Made by a program: the position numbers and the translations under genes. From positions 511 through 64,510 of the forward strand of contig CAZZKR010000007.1 of NCBI GenBank assembly GCA_964655015.1: DNA of 64,000 nucleotides, written 5' to 3'. Positions 1 to 9,749 of this stretch are shown one piece after another. The notes under the pieces were generated by a model. That model saw nothing but the letters and a program-made list of their open reading frames with translations. It searched no databases and was not told the origin of the DNA. Within the stretch, counting starts at the first letter, position 1. Every line of letters starts with the position of its first letter. The DNA comes from an uncultured Nitrososphaeria archaeon. GTDB taxonomy: Archaea > Thermoproteota > Nitrososphaeria_A > Caldarchaeales > Wolframiiraptoraceae.

Positions 1-45
1 AGACCGTCAGCTTTGTAGTCATAGAGAAGCTTGGAGGTGATAAGG

Positions 46-480
46 TTGGCTAAAAAGTCCAGGGCAGTTGCAGCAGTAGGTGTTCTTGAAAGAAGGCCGA
101 ACATACCTAGGACAATAAACGTTGGAGCCCATGTCGTGTGCGCAGACAACTCAGGAGCGCGTATTTTAAAAATAATTCAAGTGCACGGTTATAAAGGCAG
201 ACTGAGGCGACAACCCGCTGCATGTGTAGGCGATTTAGTCTCTGTTACTGTTGCAAAAGGACCTATAGACCTCAGAAAGAAGGTCATGCAGGCGGTTATA
301 ATAAGACAGAAGAAGCCTTACAGGAGACCTGATGGTACTTGGATATTCTTCGAGGACACTGCCGCTGTTTTGATGACGCCGGATGGTGGGTTGAAAGGTA
401 CTGAGATAAAAGGTCCCGTGGCAAAAGAGGCGGCCGAAAGATGGCCAAGGATAGCGAATGCTGCAAGCATAATAGTGTAG
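46..480 (+). CDS. rpl14: 50S ribosomal protein uL14
   Basis: CADNSGA...VGD...[15 protein letters not shown]...FEDTAAV...[12 protein letters not shown] motifs. TTG at 46 follows GGAGGTGA (ORF track starts at 31). Confidence 0.97.
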   Translation: MAKKSRAVAAVGVLERRPNIPRTINVGAHVVCADNSGARILKIIQVHGYKGRLRRQPAACVGDLVSVTVAKGPIDLRKKVMQAVIIRQKKPYRRPDGTWIFFEDTAAVLMTPDGGLKGTEIKGPVAKEAAERWPRIANAASIIV

Positions 481-490
481 GTGATATGAT

Positions 491-865
491 ATGAAAGTTT
501 TATCAAAGAAACCAAGAAAACAAAGAAAGTTTTTGTACAACGCCCCGCTCCATAGACTATCTAAACTCATGTCGGCTCATCTTTCTCCTGAGCTAAGGGA
601 AAAGTATGGAAGGAGGTCATTCCCTGTAAGAAAGGGCGATACCGTTAAGATACTCGTGGGAGAGTTTAAGGGCGTTGAAGGAAAGGTAATAGGTGTTGAC
701 AGGAGAAGGCAGAGAGTGTTTGTCGAGAACGTCACGATAAAGAAGGCAGACGGGCGTGTTAAACCGAGGCCCATACATGTATCAAACGTGATGATAACCT
801 CGCTAAACCTTGAAGATAAGTATAGAAAGCAAGTCCTGGAGGCTAAACTGCTAAAGGAGGGGTAA
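491..865 (+). CDS. rpl24: 50S ribosomal protein uL24
   Basis: SKKPRKQRK...APLH...[16 protein letters not shown] motif; spc-operon position. Confidence 0.97.
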   Translation: MKVLSKKPRKQRKFLYNAPLHRLSKLMSAHLSPELREKYGRRSFPVRKGDTVKILVGEFKGVEGKVIGVDRRRQRVFVENVTIKKADGRVKPRPIHVSNVMITSLNLEDKYRKQVLEAKLLKEG

Positions 866-871
866 AGCGGC

Positions 872-1591
872 ATGGGTCACTTAAAGAGGTATGCAGCTCC
901 ACGACATTTTAGGGTACCTGTAAAAGCCGCAAAGTTTACCGTCAAGCCCTCCCCAGGCCCTCATCCAGCAGATGAATGCATACCCCTCGGTATATTACTA
1001 AGGGACCATCTTAAATATGCAGAGACTATGGACGAGGCTAAGAAGATAATCAAGGAAAGGAAGATACTTGTGGATTGGAGAGTTGTAACGGATCACAAGT
1101 TCCCTGTCGGTCTTATGGATGTTATTTCGATACCTGAAACGGGCGAGCACTTCCGTGTCATACCAACATACAGGAAGGGTCTTAGTTTAATCAAGATACA
1201 AGAGGATGAAGCTAATTTCAAAATAGGAAAAATTATTAGAAAGATGCATGTAAACGGTGGTCATCTTCAATTAACGCTTCATGATGGAAGTAACTTCAGG
1301 TTTAAGGAAGTCGGGGCAGATGTTTTATCATACAAAACCGGAGATTCTTTTGTCGTATCCTTACCTGAAAGAAAAATTGTCAAATATCTAAAGCTTTCTG
1401 AGGGTAATTATGCACTCGTAATTAAGGGACCAGAGGGAGGGAAGCATGGCAAAGTAATCGAAATTAAGAAGGACGTCGCTTATCCTAATAAACCGACAGT
1501 CACACTTGATACCAAAGACGGAAAAGTAACGACCCTTCTCTCGTACGTTATGGCAGTTGGTGAGGATGCTCCTATGGTGAGTTTAGCATGA
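872..1591 (+). CDS. rps4e: 30S ribosomal protein eS4
   Basis: HLKRYAAP...PSPGPH...DHKFPVGLMDVISI; position between L24 and L5. Confidence 0.97.
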   Translation: MGHLKRYAAPRHFRVPVKAAKFTVKPSPGPHPADECIPLGILLRDHLKYAETMDEAKKIIKERKILVDWRVVTDHKFPVGLMDVISIPETGEHFRVIPTYRKGLSLIKIQEDEANFKIGKIIRKMHVNGGHLQLTLHDGSNFRFKEVGADVLSYKTGDSFVVSLPERKIVKYLKLSEGNYALVIKGPEGGKHGKVIEIKKDVAYPNKPTVTLDTKDGKVTTLLSYVMAVGEDAPMVSLA

Positions 1592-2130
1592 GTTTGTTGG
1601 AAGTTAGTAATGTGATGAAGCGGTTGAGAATAGAGAAGGTCACTGTCAATTGTTCGGTAGGTGAGAGTGGAGCCAAACTAGAAAAAGCAGCCAAGATTCT
1701 CGAAAGCCTGACTGGACAGAAACCTCAAATCAGAAAGGCAAAAAAGACCATTAAGGGATTCGGGATACATAAAGGTGAGCCGATAGCCCTCAGGGTTACA
1801 CTAAGAAAGCAGAAGGCCGTCGAGTTTTTGGCGAAGGCGCTAAAAGCCGTCAACAATACGCTCAAGGTATCTAACTTTGATTCTAATGGGAATTTTTCTT
1901 TCGGAATTAAGGAGCACCTAGACATCCCCGGTACAAAGTACGATCCCGCACTTGGAACAATTGGTATGGACGTTTGCGTGCATATTTCGAGGCCTGGCCT
2001 TAGAGTTTCTCTGAGAAGGAGGTCGAGGTCTAAAGTTGGCAAGAGTCACAGAGTAACACCAGAAGAGGCAATGGAATACATTAAGCAGAACTTTAACGTT
2101 AAGATAGTGGGTGAGGGGCATGAAGCATAA
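1588..2130 (+). CDS. rpl5: 50S ribosomal protein uL5
   Basis: IEKVTVN...GESG...GQKP...GNFSFGIKEHLDIPGTKYDP...GMDV. Confidence 0.97.
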   Translation: MSLLEVSNVMKRLRIEKVTVNCSVGESGAKLEKAAKILESLTGQKPQIRKAKKTIKGFGIHKGEPIALRVTLRKQKAVEFLAKALKAVNNTLKVSNFDSNGNFSFGIKEHLDIPGTKYDPALGTIGMDVCVHISRPGLRVSLRRRSRSKVGKSHRVTPEEAMEYIKQNFNVKIVGEGHEA

Positions 2131-2281
2131 ACCACCGAAGGAAAGAAAGTTCGGTAAGGGCGTCGTGAAGTGTAGGCGTTGCGGAACGACAGATGGTGTG
2201 ATAAGGAAGTACAAGCTCTACATATGCAGGCGTTGCATAAACGAAGTAGGTCCTGAGATGGGTTTCAAGGTTTATGAGTGA
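2120..2281 (+). CDS. rps14: 30S ribosomal protein uS14 (Zn-binding), 53 aa, below the ORF-track cutoff
   Basis: Hand-translated MKHKPPKERKFGKGVVKCRRCGTTDGVIRKYKLYICRRCINEVGPEMGFKVYE; CxxC...CxxC; lies between L5 and S8. Confidence 0.95.
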   Translation: MKHKPPKERKFGKGVVKCRRCGTTDGVIRKYKLYICRRCINEVGPEMGFKVYE

Positions 2282-2292
2282 GGCGAGCGTCT

Positions 2293-2682
2293 TTGACGAG
2301 GCATGACTTGATTTCGGGTCTTTTCACAACGTTGCAGAACAACGAGATGGCAAGGAAGAGGGAGTGCATTTACCCGGCCTCAAAGCTCATTGCGAACGTG
2401 TTAAAGGTACTTCAAAGACACGGTTACATAGGCGCGTTTGAATACATAGAAGACGGTAGGGGCGGAAAGTTTAGAATACAGCTCCTCGGTAGAATTAACA
2501 GGTCTGCTCCTATAAAACCTCATTTCAGTGTTCGAAAAGATGAGTTTAAAAAATGGGAAGAACAATACCTACCGGGCAAGGATATAGGCATCCTTATAAT
2601 AACCACACCAAAAGGGGTCATGTCACACATCGAGGCAAAGTCCCTTGGAATAGGAGGGAGACTACTTGGCTATGTCTACTAA
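2293..2682 (+). CDS. rps8: 30S ribosomal protein uS8
   Basis: PASKLI...GYIG.FEYIEDGRGG...LLGRIN...IITTPKGVMSH.EA...GGRLLGYVY. TTG at 2293 preferred over GTG at 2278. Confidence 0.96.
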   Translation: MTRHDLISGLFTTLQNNEMARKRECIYPASKLIANVLKVLQRHGYIGAFEYIEDGRGGKFRIQLLGRINRSAPIKPHFSVRKDEFKKWEEQYLPGKDIGILIITTPKGVMSHIEAKSLGIGGRLLGYVY

Positions 2683-3226
2683 GCTAGAGAGCCTTGAAGA
2701 AAGGATACAGATACCCGATGACGTGAAGGTGAGCCTAGAGGATTTTAGGCTCAAAGTTACGGGAAAACTGGGTTCGAATGAGTACGACTTTTCTCATATG
2801 GGCATAGGATTATTCTTAGATGGTAAGGAAATCGTGGTAAGGGTACTAGGTAATAAAAGGAGGTCAAAAGCGATGCTGGGTACTGCAGTATCCATTATTA
2901 AAAACATGCTAACAGGCGTTACGAAGGGTTTCACGTACAAAATGAAAGTCGTTGCTTCCCACTTTCCGATAAGTGTGAAGGTTTCAGGAGATGAGGTGAT
3001 AATCGAGAACTTCTTAGGTGAAAGATACAAGAGGCGGGCGAAGATTGTTGGTAATACTAAGGTTGTCGTAAAAGGCGAGGATGTGATAGTATCGGGTATA
3101 GACAAGTACGCTGTTGGACAGACCGCCGCTAACATAGAGAACGCCACGCGTATCAAGAAAAAGGACCCGAGGAAGTTCCTTGATGGTATATACGTATATA
3201 AGAAAATGGAGGGGCTTGAATCTTGA
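2672..3226 (+). CDS. rpl6: 50S ribosomal protein uL6
   Basis: GVTKGFTYKMKVVASHFP...IENFLGE...GQTAANIE...KDPRKFLDGIY. Confidence 0.97.
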   Translation: MSTKLESLEERIQIPDDVKVSLEDFRLKVTGKLGSNEYDFSHMGIGLFLDGKEIVVRVLGNKRRSKAMLGTAVSIIKNMLTGVTKGFTYKMKVVASHFPISVKVSGDEVIIENFLGERYKRRAKIVGNTKVVVKGEDVIVSGIDKYAVGQTAANIENATRIKKKDPRKFLDGIYVYKKMEGLES

Positions 3227-3693
3227 GCGAAGGATTACCTGAATCCCAAGAGGGAGCGGCCACAACGTCAACAGAAAGCACATCGGTTACAAGGAAGGCG
3301 GCAGTGAAGTTACCACTACGCGTAATAGAGCAAAGAAGAGAAAGGCCAGAGTTTGTTAGACAAGAAAGTTGGAGATATAAGCGACTGGACGAGGCGTGGC
3401 GCAGGCCAAGAGGTAAGGACAGCAGAATGAGGTTACAAAAAAGTGGCGCACCTCCTCTCGTTAAGATAGGCTACAGGGGCGATAAGGACTTCAGAGGGTT
3501 ACATCCATCTGGTTTTGAGGAGGTCTTAGTTAGTAGACCGGAGGACTTGGAGAATATAGACCCAAGTAGGCAGGCAATAAGGATTGCAGCCGGTGTTGGA
3601 AGACTAAAAAGGATTCGCATAGTAGAGGTGGCACGCGAAAAAGGTATAAAAATTCTAAACCCACCGCCGCAATTTAGGGAGGAAAAAATATGA
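3223..3693 (+). CDS. rpl32e: 50S ribosomal protein eL32 with a Ser/Thr/Glu-rich N-terminal extension
   Basis: RPEFVRQESWRY...WRRPRGKDSRMR...GYR...RGLHPSG. Confidence 0.96.
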   Translation: MSEGLPESQEGAATTSTESTSVTRKAAVKLPLRVIEQRRERPEFVRQESWRYKRLDEAWRRPRGKDSRMRLQKSGAPPLVKIGYRGDKDFRGLHPSGFEEVLVSRPEDLENIDPSRQAIRIAAGVGRLKRIRIVEVAREKGIKILNPPPQFREEKI

Positions 3694-4130
3694 GCCTTAC
3701 ACTTCAGAAAAGGCTAGCAGCGGAGCTCCTAAAGTGTGGTGAAAGCAGGGTTAGGTTTGATGAGGAAAGGCTTGAGGAGATAGAGGCAGCCATATCTCGA
3801 GAGGAAATAAAACGGCTAATAGAAGACGGTGCAATATACAAAATTCAGGAAAAGGGAATAAGCAAAGGAAGGTTACGGGAGCGGAAAAAGCGGAAAGGGC
3901 CAGGCAGTAGGAAGGGCGGAAAATATTCTATAATACCAAGAAAGACACAATGGATGTTGAAGGTCAGAGCGCAAAGGAAAGCTCTGAAAAAGCTTAGGGA
4001 TTCAAAGATGCTCGTGGAAGGTGCTTATAGAAAGGTTTACAAGATGGTAAAGAGTGGAGCCTTCAAGTCCGTGAACGCTATGATGGAATATCTAAAGCAG
4101 AATAAGCTGTTGAGGAGGGTTTTCGCGTAA
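3690..4130 (+). CDS. rpl19e: 50S ribosomal protein eL19
   Basis: LQKRLAAELLKCGESRV...SREEIKRLIEDG...GPGSRKG. Confidence 0.97.
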   Translation: MSLTLQKRLAAELLKCGESRVRFDEERLEEIEAAISREEIKRLIEDGAIYKIQEKGISKGRLRERKKRKGPGSRKGGKYSIIPRKTQWMLKVRAQRKALKKLRDSKMLVEGAYRKVYKMVKSGAFKSVNAMMEYLKQNKLLRRVFA

Positions 4131-4709
4131 ATGTGTGGTTGCGTAGCTCTGCTTAGACGTACACCTCCGAAAAGAAGGCGCATGGGTCTAACGAACTACA
4201 GGAAAAGGTTAAAGTTAGTAAAGTCAGGCTTGCCGAGGCTGGTTATCAGAAGGACGAATAGGTACATAATAGTTCAAGCAATCCAGAGCCTGGCCGGTGG
4301 TGATAAAACCTTAACGGCGGTAGTATCTAAAGAGCTTAGAAAGCTAGGTTGGAAGGGAGGGTTAAAGAACACACCTGCGGCTTATCTTACAGGACTTCTT
4401 GCAGGTATGAAGATGAAGGCATTAGGTATAAAGAAGCTTGTAGCAGACTTGGGCCTATTTTCAAAAGCATCTAGGCTATATGCTGTCATCAAAGGCGTAA
4501 TGGATGCCGGTATCGAAGTACCGGTTGGTGAAGAGGTGCTTCCCCCAGAGGAGCGCCTCAAAGGCACGCATATAAGGGAATATTTTGAGAAAGTTTCCCA
4601 AGAACCTTTTGCTAAAATTTTTACAAAAGTTGACAAGGAAGCTTATTCAAAGCTTGAGGAACATGTAGAAGAAGTTAAGCAGAAAATTCTCTCGGAGGGG
4701 TCGAAGTGA
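4131..4709 (+). CDS. rpl18: 50S ribosomal protein uL18
   Basis: RRR.G.TNYRKRLKL...PRLVIRRTNRYI...NTPAAYLTG; exact start uncertain. Confidence 0.95.
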   Translation: MCGCVALLRRTPPKRRRMGLTNYRKRLKLVKSGLPRLVIRRTNRYIIVQAIQSLAGGDKTLTAVVSKELRKLGWKGGLKNTPAAYLTGLLAGMKMKALGIKKLVADLGLFSKASRLYAVIKGVMDAGIEVPVGEEVLPPEERLKGTHIREYFEKVSQEPFAKIFTKVDKEAYSKLEEHVEEVKQKILSEGSK

Positions 4710-5326
4710 GCACGACAGAGTGGGTACCTAAAACAGAACTTGGTAGACTTGTACGGGATGGAAAAATAACATCCATAGATGAAATTTTTTCAAACCATTA
4801 TAAGATAACTGAGCCCCAAATAGTTGACATACTTCTACCAAACCTCGAGCAAGAAGTCTTGGACATAAAACTCGTCCAAAAGCAGACAGATGCAGGCGAG
4901 AAAAGAAGGTACAAAGCAATAGTCGTAGTTGGTAATAGGGACGGGTACGTTGGAATAGGGACAGGAAAGTCAGTCCATATCGTACCAGCCATAGAGAAGG
5001 CAATAAATCAAGCAAAGCTCAACATAATCCCGGTAAGAAGGGGCTGTGGAAGTTGGGAGTGTGCATGCAACGAGTTGCACAGCCTCGTAACGAAGGTTGA
5101 AGGAAAATGGGGGAGTGTGAGGATTGTGTTAATTCCTGCACCAAAAGGCTTAGGTATAGTGGCGGGCGAGATGCAGAAAGCCGTCCTAGAGATGGCAGGC
5201 ATAAAGGACTGCTGGACTAGGAGTTTTGGAGAGACGAGGACGACACTTTCTGTAGTCGGCGCAACATACATGGCACTCAAGAATACGAATAAAATAGTTT
5301 TGCCATCCCTCTGGAAGACTGTTTAG
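4706..5326 (+). CDS. rps5: 30S ribosomal protein uS5
   Basis: WVPKTELGRLV...VQKQTDAGE...VVGNRDGYVG...RRGCGSWEC...PAPKGLG. Confidence 0.97.
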   Translation: MSTTEWVPKTELGRLVRDGKITSIDEIFSNHYKITEPQIVDILLPNLEQEVLDIKLVQKQTDAGEKRRYKAIVVVGNRDGYVGIGTGKSVHIVPAIEKAINQAKLNIIPVRRGCGSWECACNELHSLVTKVEGKWGSVRIVLIPAPKGLGIVAGEMQKAVLEMAGIKDCWTRSFGETRTTLSVVGATYMALKNTNKIVLPSLWKTV

Positions 5327-5328
5327 GG

Positions 5329-5823
5329 GTGTATACTTTGGAGGTGAGTACGAGTACGTTTTTAGTGGTTAGAATAAAAGGCTCGGTCGGTGCGAGTGAA
5401 GAGGAACGTGCAACGCTCAAGCTACTGAATCTACCAAGGGCCAACTATGCCACGATCGTCAAGAATACGCCAAGCTATCTTGGCATGTTGAGGAAGGTTC
5501 AACATTACGTGACTTGGGGTGAGCCTACGCTAAAGACAATAAAGAGGCTCTTAATAAAAAGGGGCGAGCTAAGCGGCGGGAAAAAGCTCGACGAAGAACA
5601 GGTTAAAACCTTAGGATTTAACTCGGTCGATGAACTGGCCGAGAAGATATTCTCTGGAGAGGTTACGTTATCACAACTAAAAGAAAAGGGACTGAAACCT
5701 TTCTTCAGGCTGCACCCACCGAGAAAGGGCTTTAAACACAGTATTAAGAGGCCGTTCAAAGACAAGGGAGAATACGGGTACAGGGGCCAAGAAATAAACG
5801 AATTAGTGGTAAGGATGTCTTAG
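5329..5823 (+). CDS. rpl30: 50S ribosomal protein uL30 (long archaeal form)
   Basis: VVRIKG...TLKLLNL...GMLRKVQHYVTWGE...FRLHPPRKGF...GYRG..INEL; start may be GTG at 5344. Confidence 0.95.
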   Translation: MYTLEVSTSTFLVVRIKGSVGASEEERATLKLLNLPRANYATIVKNTPSYLGMLRKVQHYVTWGEPTLKTIKRLLIKRGELSGGKKLDEEQVKTLGFNSVDELAEKIFSGEVTLSQLKEKGLKPFFRLHPPRKGFKHSIKRPFKDKGEYGYRGQEINELVVRMS

Positions 5824-5831
5824 GGTACCGG

Positions 5832-5841
5832 TTTCCTTTTT
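5832..5841 (+). terminator. Oligo-T archaeal terminator candidate after rpl30
   Basis: TTTCCTTTTT 8 nt after the rpl30 stop, at the end of the r-protein operon. Confidence 0.45.
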
Positions 5842-5979
5842 GTTCGCATACAGACCCGGGCAGTATCGTGCGGGATTATTTACGTGTTTAACCCGTTAAT
5901 GAAGGGTTTGGGATAAAGGGTATATTAGGTGTGTCGTATACTCAATAGTGAAGTTTATGCGACTCAAGGTGTTAACTGT

Positions 5980-6708
5980 ATGTTGCGGATCGAAAATCTA
6001 ACAGTCGAAGTTGCTGGCAAGACCGTTATAAGAAATCTTACTTTAGAAGTCCCCAAAGGAGAACTACATGTTCTCTTCGGCCCTAATGGTTCGGGAAAGT
6101 CCACGTTAATTAAGACCATTCTCGGCTTCTCCAACTATAAGGTCGTTGAGGGAAGGATATACTTCAAAGATAGAGACATCACAAACATGCCTATAAATGA
6201 AAGGGTGAGGCTTGGTATAGGTGTCGTATTCCAGAATCCACCGGCGCTCAGGGGTGTCAAGTTAAAGGATCTTTTGAGCGGCGTTTTTGTCCAAGCGAAA
6301 GACGAATTAGGAAAACTCACTAAGGCGCTGAACTTAAATCATGAATTTCTCGAGCGGGACCTAAACGTCGACTTCTCAGGAGGTGAGATGAAACTATCCG
6401 AGATTCTCCAGCTGCTAGCCCAAAGACCAGATTTTGCGCTAATCGATGAGCCGGACTCGGGTGTTGATGTCGAAAATCTCGAGAGAATCGGGAAAATCCT
6501 GAATGAGTACTTAGCTGGGAGTACGGGTCTGCTTATAACTCACACAGGCCACATTCTTCGATACCTTAACGTGACAAAAGGTCATGTTATAATAAACGGA
6601 ACGATAGCATGCTCAGGCAATCCGCTCAAAATTCTTACACAGATACTTCATGAAGGTTATGGCTGGTGTGAAAAGTGTCTTTTAATAGGCAAGGGGGAAC
6701 TTCATTGA
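5980..6708 (+). CDS. sufC: Fe-S assembly ABC ATPase SufC (SmsC type)
   Basis: Walker A GPNGSGKST, FSGGE signature, DEPDSGVD, C-terminal C-x18-CxxC; ATG at 5980. Confidence 0.92.
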   Translation: MLRIENLTVEVAGKTVIRNLTLEVPKGELHVLFGPNGSGKSTLIKTILGFSNYKVVEGRIYFKDRDITNMPINERVRLGIGVVFQNPPALRGVKLKDLLSGVFVQAKDELGKLTKALNLNHEFLERDLNVDFSGGEMKLSEILQLLAQRPDFALIDEPDSGVDVENLERIGKILNEYLAGSTGLLITHTGHILRYLNVTKGHVIINGTIACSGNPLKILTQILHEGYGWCEKCLLIGKGELH

Positions 6709-7895
6709 ATGCCTCACAAGAAGACAGGCCACCAATGCTGAACTTAAGGGAATTCATTAGAGGCGTTAAAAAGTGGACACCCTGCCCCCTCACGAAGTTT
6801 CCTGATGATATTGTCGAACGCTCCCTTCAGGTCGGCATAAGACCTGATGAAAGTGATAGATCTGGTACATACTTCCAAATGGATGACGTACCCGTCTTTC
6901 ATGGGATTAAGAGGGCTTTTGAGGGGAAAGTCGAGATGGGGAGCATGAGGCAAGCGCTTCAAAGGCACGATTGGCTTAAGGACTACTTCTGGAAGCTCAT
7001 CGACAAGAGCGCTGACGAGTTTACAGAGCTTGCCGATAAAGATTGGGATGATGGCTACTTTGTTAGAATTCTCGAGGGGCAGAAACTAACATTTCCGCTT
7101 CAAGCATGTTTGTTCGTCGCGACTGACAGATTCAATCAAAACGTCCACAACGTCATAATCGCAGAGCCAGGTTCCGACGCGCAGATAATCACCGGTTGCA
7201 CAATCCATCCAAGTGTCAGTCGTGGTCTTCATGTTGGTGTTACGGAGATCTATGTCAAACGAGGCGCAAAGTTGACTTTTACTATGATACACAATTGGGC
7301 CCCTAAGTTTGACAGCAGACCTAGAACTGCTATCTTAGTCGAAGAAGGTGCCACGTTTATCAGCAACTACATCTGCCTGAGTCCCGTCAGAAGCCTGCAG
7401 ATGGATCCGGCGGCACATTGCGTAGGAGAGGGCGCTAGGGCTAGGTTTAACTCTATTCTCTACGTTAAAGATGAGAGCTATGTTGACGTAGGTGCGAAGA
7501 TAATGCTCAATGGTAAAGGTTCACGGGGAGAGATAGTATCCAGAGTAATAGCTACAGATAGTGCCCAAGCTTACTTGAGGGGATTGATCGTTGGAAGGAA
7601 CGAAGATGGCAAAGGACATATAGAATGCAGGGGCTTATTACTTTCAAATAAGGCCTCGATACATGCCATCCCGAGGTTGGACGCAGAAGTAAGGGGCGTC
7701 GAGCTGACCCATGAGGCGGCTATCGGAAAAATCGCGAAAGAACAGGTAGAATACCTAATGGCTAGGGGATTGTCTGAGGAAGAAGCGGAGGCTCTTCTCG
7801 TTAGAGGGTTTATGGATGTAAGCATATTCGGCCTACCAGCTACATTAGACGAGGAGATACGCAGAATAGTCGAGTCAGCCTCAAGGGCACATTGA
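6705..7895 (+). CDS. sufB: Fe-S assembly scaffold SufB/D family (SmsB type)
   Basis: PLQAC...NQNVHNVIIAE...ITGCT...ECRGLLL...LTHEAAIGKI...EYLMARGL; TTG at 6705 overlaps the sufC TGA. Confidence 0.92.
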   Translation: MNASQEDRPPMLNLREFIRGVKKWTPCPLTKFPDDIVERSLQVGIRPDESDRSGTYFQMDDVPVFHGIKRAFEGKVEMGSMRQALQRHDWLKDYFWKLIDKSADEFTELADKDWDDGYFVRILEGQKLTFPLQACLFVATDRFNQNVHNVIIAEPGSDAQIITGCTIHPSVSRGLHVGVTEIYVKRGAKLTFTMIHNWAPKFDSRPRTAILVEEGATFISNYICLSPVRSLQMDPAAHCVGEGARARFNSILYVKDESYVDVGAKIMLNGKGSRGEIVSRVIATDSAQAYLRGLIVGRNEDGKGHIECRGLLLSNKASIHAIPRLDAEVRGVELTHEAAIGKIAKEQVEYLMARGLSEEEAEALLVRGFMDVSIFGLPATLDEEIRRIVESASRAH

Positions 7896-7953
7896 TAGTT
7901 GGCCAAGCTCAACAGAAAAAGACTTAAATTGTATTCGGGAAAATATTCATGTT

Positions 7954-8553
7954 GTGGCTAGAAAGTACGTCCTTCCGGAGTTACCATACCCTTATAACGC
8001 CCTTGAACCTTACCTATCGGAAGAGATTGTAAGAGTCCATCACGATAAGCATCACCTAGCCTATGTGAATGGTGCAAACGCCGCTATCGAAAAATTGGAG
8101 AAAGCAAGGGCGATGGGTGAGGTGATAGACTTCAAGGCTGTAGCACGCGATTTATCGTTCAACCTGTCGGGCCACATACTCCACTCAATCTATTGGGAGA
8201 ACATGAGTCCGAGGGGTGGTGGAAAGCCGGGCGGCATCTTAGCGGACAGAATTGATAAAGACCTAGGCGGCTTTGAAAATTTTAAGGTGCAGTTGAGTTC
8301 CGTAGCCGCGACTGCTGAGGGGTCGGGTTGGGGCCTCTTGGCCTACGACTCCGAGGGCGATAGGTTGATAATCTTACAAGTTGAAAAACATAACAACCAG
8401 CTCGTTCCGGGTGCAGTCCCACTCTTGGTTCTTGATACATTCGAGCACGCCTACTATCTTCAGTATAAAAACGACAGGAAAGCATACATAGATGCGTGGT
8501 GGAACCTAGTAAATTGGAGCGACGTGGAGAGAAGGTTATCTAAGGTTTTGTAA
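7954..8553 (+). CDS. sod: Fe/Mn superoxide dismutase
   Basis: LPELPYPYNALEPY...HHDKHH..YV...GHILHS.YW...DTFEHAYYLQYKNDR..Y...WW. Confidence 0.97.
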   Translation: MARKYVLPELPYPYNALEPYLSEEIVRVHHDKHHLAYVNGANAAIEKLEKARAMGEVIDFKAVARDLSFNLSGHILHSIYWENMSPRGGGKPGGILADRIDKDLGGFENFKVQLSSVAATAEGSGWGLLAYDSEGDRLIILQVEKHNNQLVPGAVPLLVLDTFEHAYYLQYKNDRKAYIDAWWNLVNWSDVERRLSKVL

Positions 8554-8606
8554 AATATCCCAATTTTTTATTACGGGGTCACATGAGTGGACTTAATCGC
8601 GTTATC

Positions 8607-9140
8607 CTACTTCTTCGCCCTAACTTCTTCTAATGTTTTCTCGAAGATCTTGTAGGTTTCGTCATCGTAAAGGCAAAAGACAACCCGCTTGAGGTTCTTC
8701 GCCTCTTTTTCCAAGAACTCAACGACCGTCGGCACCATTATTCTTGCGCACCTCTCCTTCGGGAAGCCGAATATTCCAGTCGATATTGCTGGAAAGGCTA
8801 TGCTCTTCAGACCATATCGTTCCGCCAGTCTAAGGCTATTAAGTGTCGCGTCCCTTAGCTTCCTATCCTCGTCGCCTTCGCCGTATCTCGGACCGACGGC
8901 ATGTATCACGTACTTAGCCTTCAACTTGCCAGCACCTGTAATGACCGCACCACCTACCGGACAATAACCTATCGCGTCGCACTCTTTTTGAATCTCGTAA
9001 CCTCCTTTTCTGAGTATGGCACCAGCCACTCCCCCTCCCATCTTCAGGCTACTGTTGGCAGCGTTAACTATGGCATCCGTATCCAAATCCGTTATATCGC
9101 CCTTCACAAGCTCTATGCGTGGCTCAGCTTCGCATGTCAT
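8607..9140 (-). CDS. Macro-domain protein (ADP-ribose binding / O-acetyl-ADP-ribose deacetylase family)
   Basis: GDIT....DAIVNAAN..L.MGGGVAGAI...VIHAVGP...SIAFPAISTGIFGFP. Confidence 0.95.
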   Translation of the reverse strand: MTCEAEPRIELVKGDITDLDTDAIVNAANSSLKMGGGVAGAILRKGGYEIQKECDAIGYCPVGGAVITGAGKLKAKYVIHAVGPRYGEGDEDRKLRDATLNSLRLAERYGLKSIAFPAISTGIFGFPKERCARIMVPTVVEFLEKEAKNLKRVVFCLYDDETYKIFEKTLEEVRAKK

Positions 9141-9198
9141 ACCATCACCAAAATATTTACGATAAAGTTTAGGACAAAAAGTTTTCGGAACATATAGC

Positions 9199-9681
9199 TT
9201 AATGGTCTCCCCCTACTTTCTCAATTGCTTTTTTGATGGCTGTCACAGCATCTGATCTCTTTTTGAAGTAGTGTAAATGGGATGGACAATCGCAATCGGT
9301 CGAGCCCACACCAGCCAGACTATAATTCGCCATCAAGGATACCATGCGTGAGAGGGCACACTCTGTCCTCCTCATAGACGGCAGAATGCCTATAGCTACA
9401 ACTTTTGCAACCCGTTTGTTCAAAAGCCTGTCTATGTGCCAGTGAGGCCTTCTTCTGAAAGGGCCTATGTGACGAAGGAGTCTCCATCCAGCTTTTCCTA
9501 TGGCCGAGCCGGCGTAAACATAGTAGCCTGGTTCTAAGAACCTTGTACCCACGGAGCCGAACGTCACCTTGACCGCTTTGGATAGCCTAATCAACAGCAA
9601 GTAGCCGCCAGAAAAATCTCTTGAAATCTTCTTGACCTTTTTAGGATCGTACAATCCTAGATTAACCTTGAATTTCAACAA
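9199..9681 (-). CDS. GIY-YIG / Uri superfamily endonuclease (DUF123-like)
   Basis: GGYLLLI...PGYYVYAGSA...RH...HWHIDRL...GSTDCDCPSHL. Confidence 0.85.
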   Translation of the reverse strand: MLKFKVNLGLYDPKKVKKISRDFSGGYLLLIRLSKAVKVTFGSVGTRFLEPGYYVYAGSAIGKAGWRLLRHIGPFRRRPHWHIDRLLNKRVAKVVAIGILPSMRRTECALSRMVSLMANYSLAGVGSTDCDCPSHLHYFKKRSDAVTAIKKAIEKVGGDH

Positions 9682-9749
9682 GAAGTCCGATTGTCAACAA
9701 CTATTTTAAAATAACTAAACATTTACGGGCATAAGCTGCCAAGTATGGC

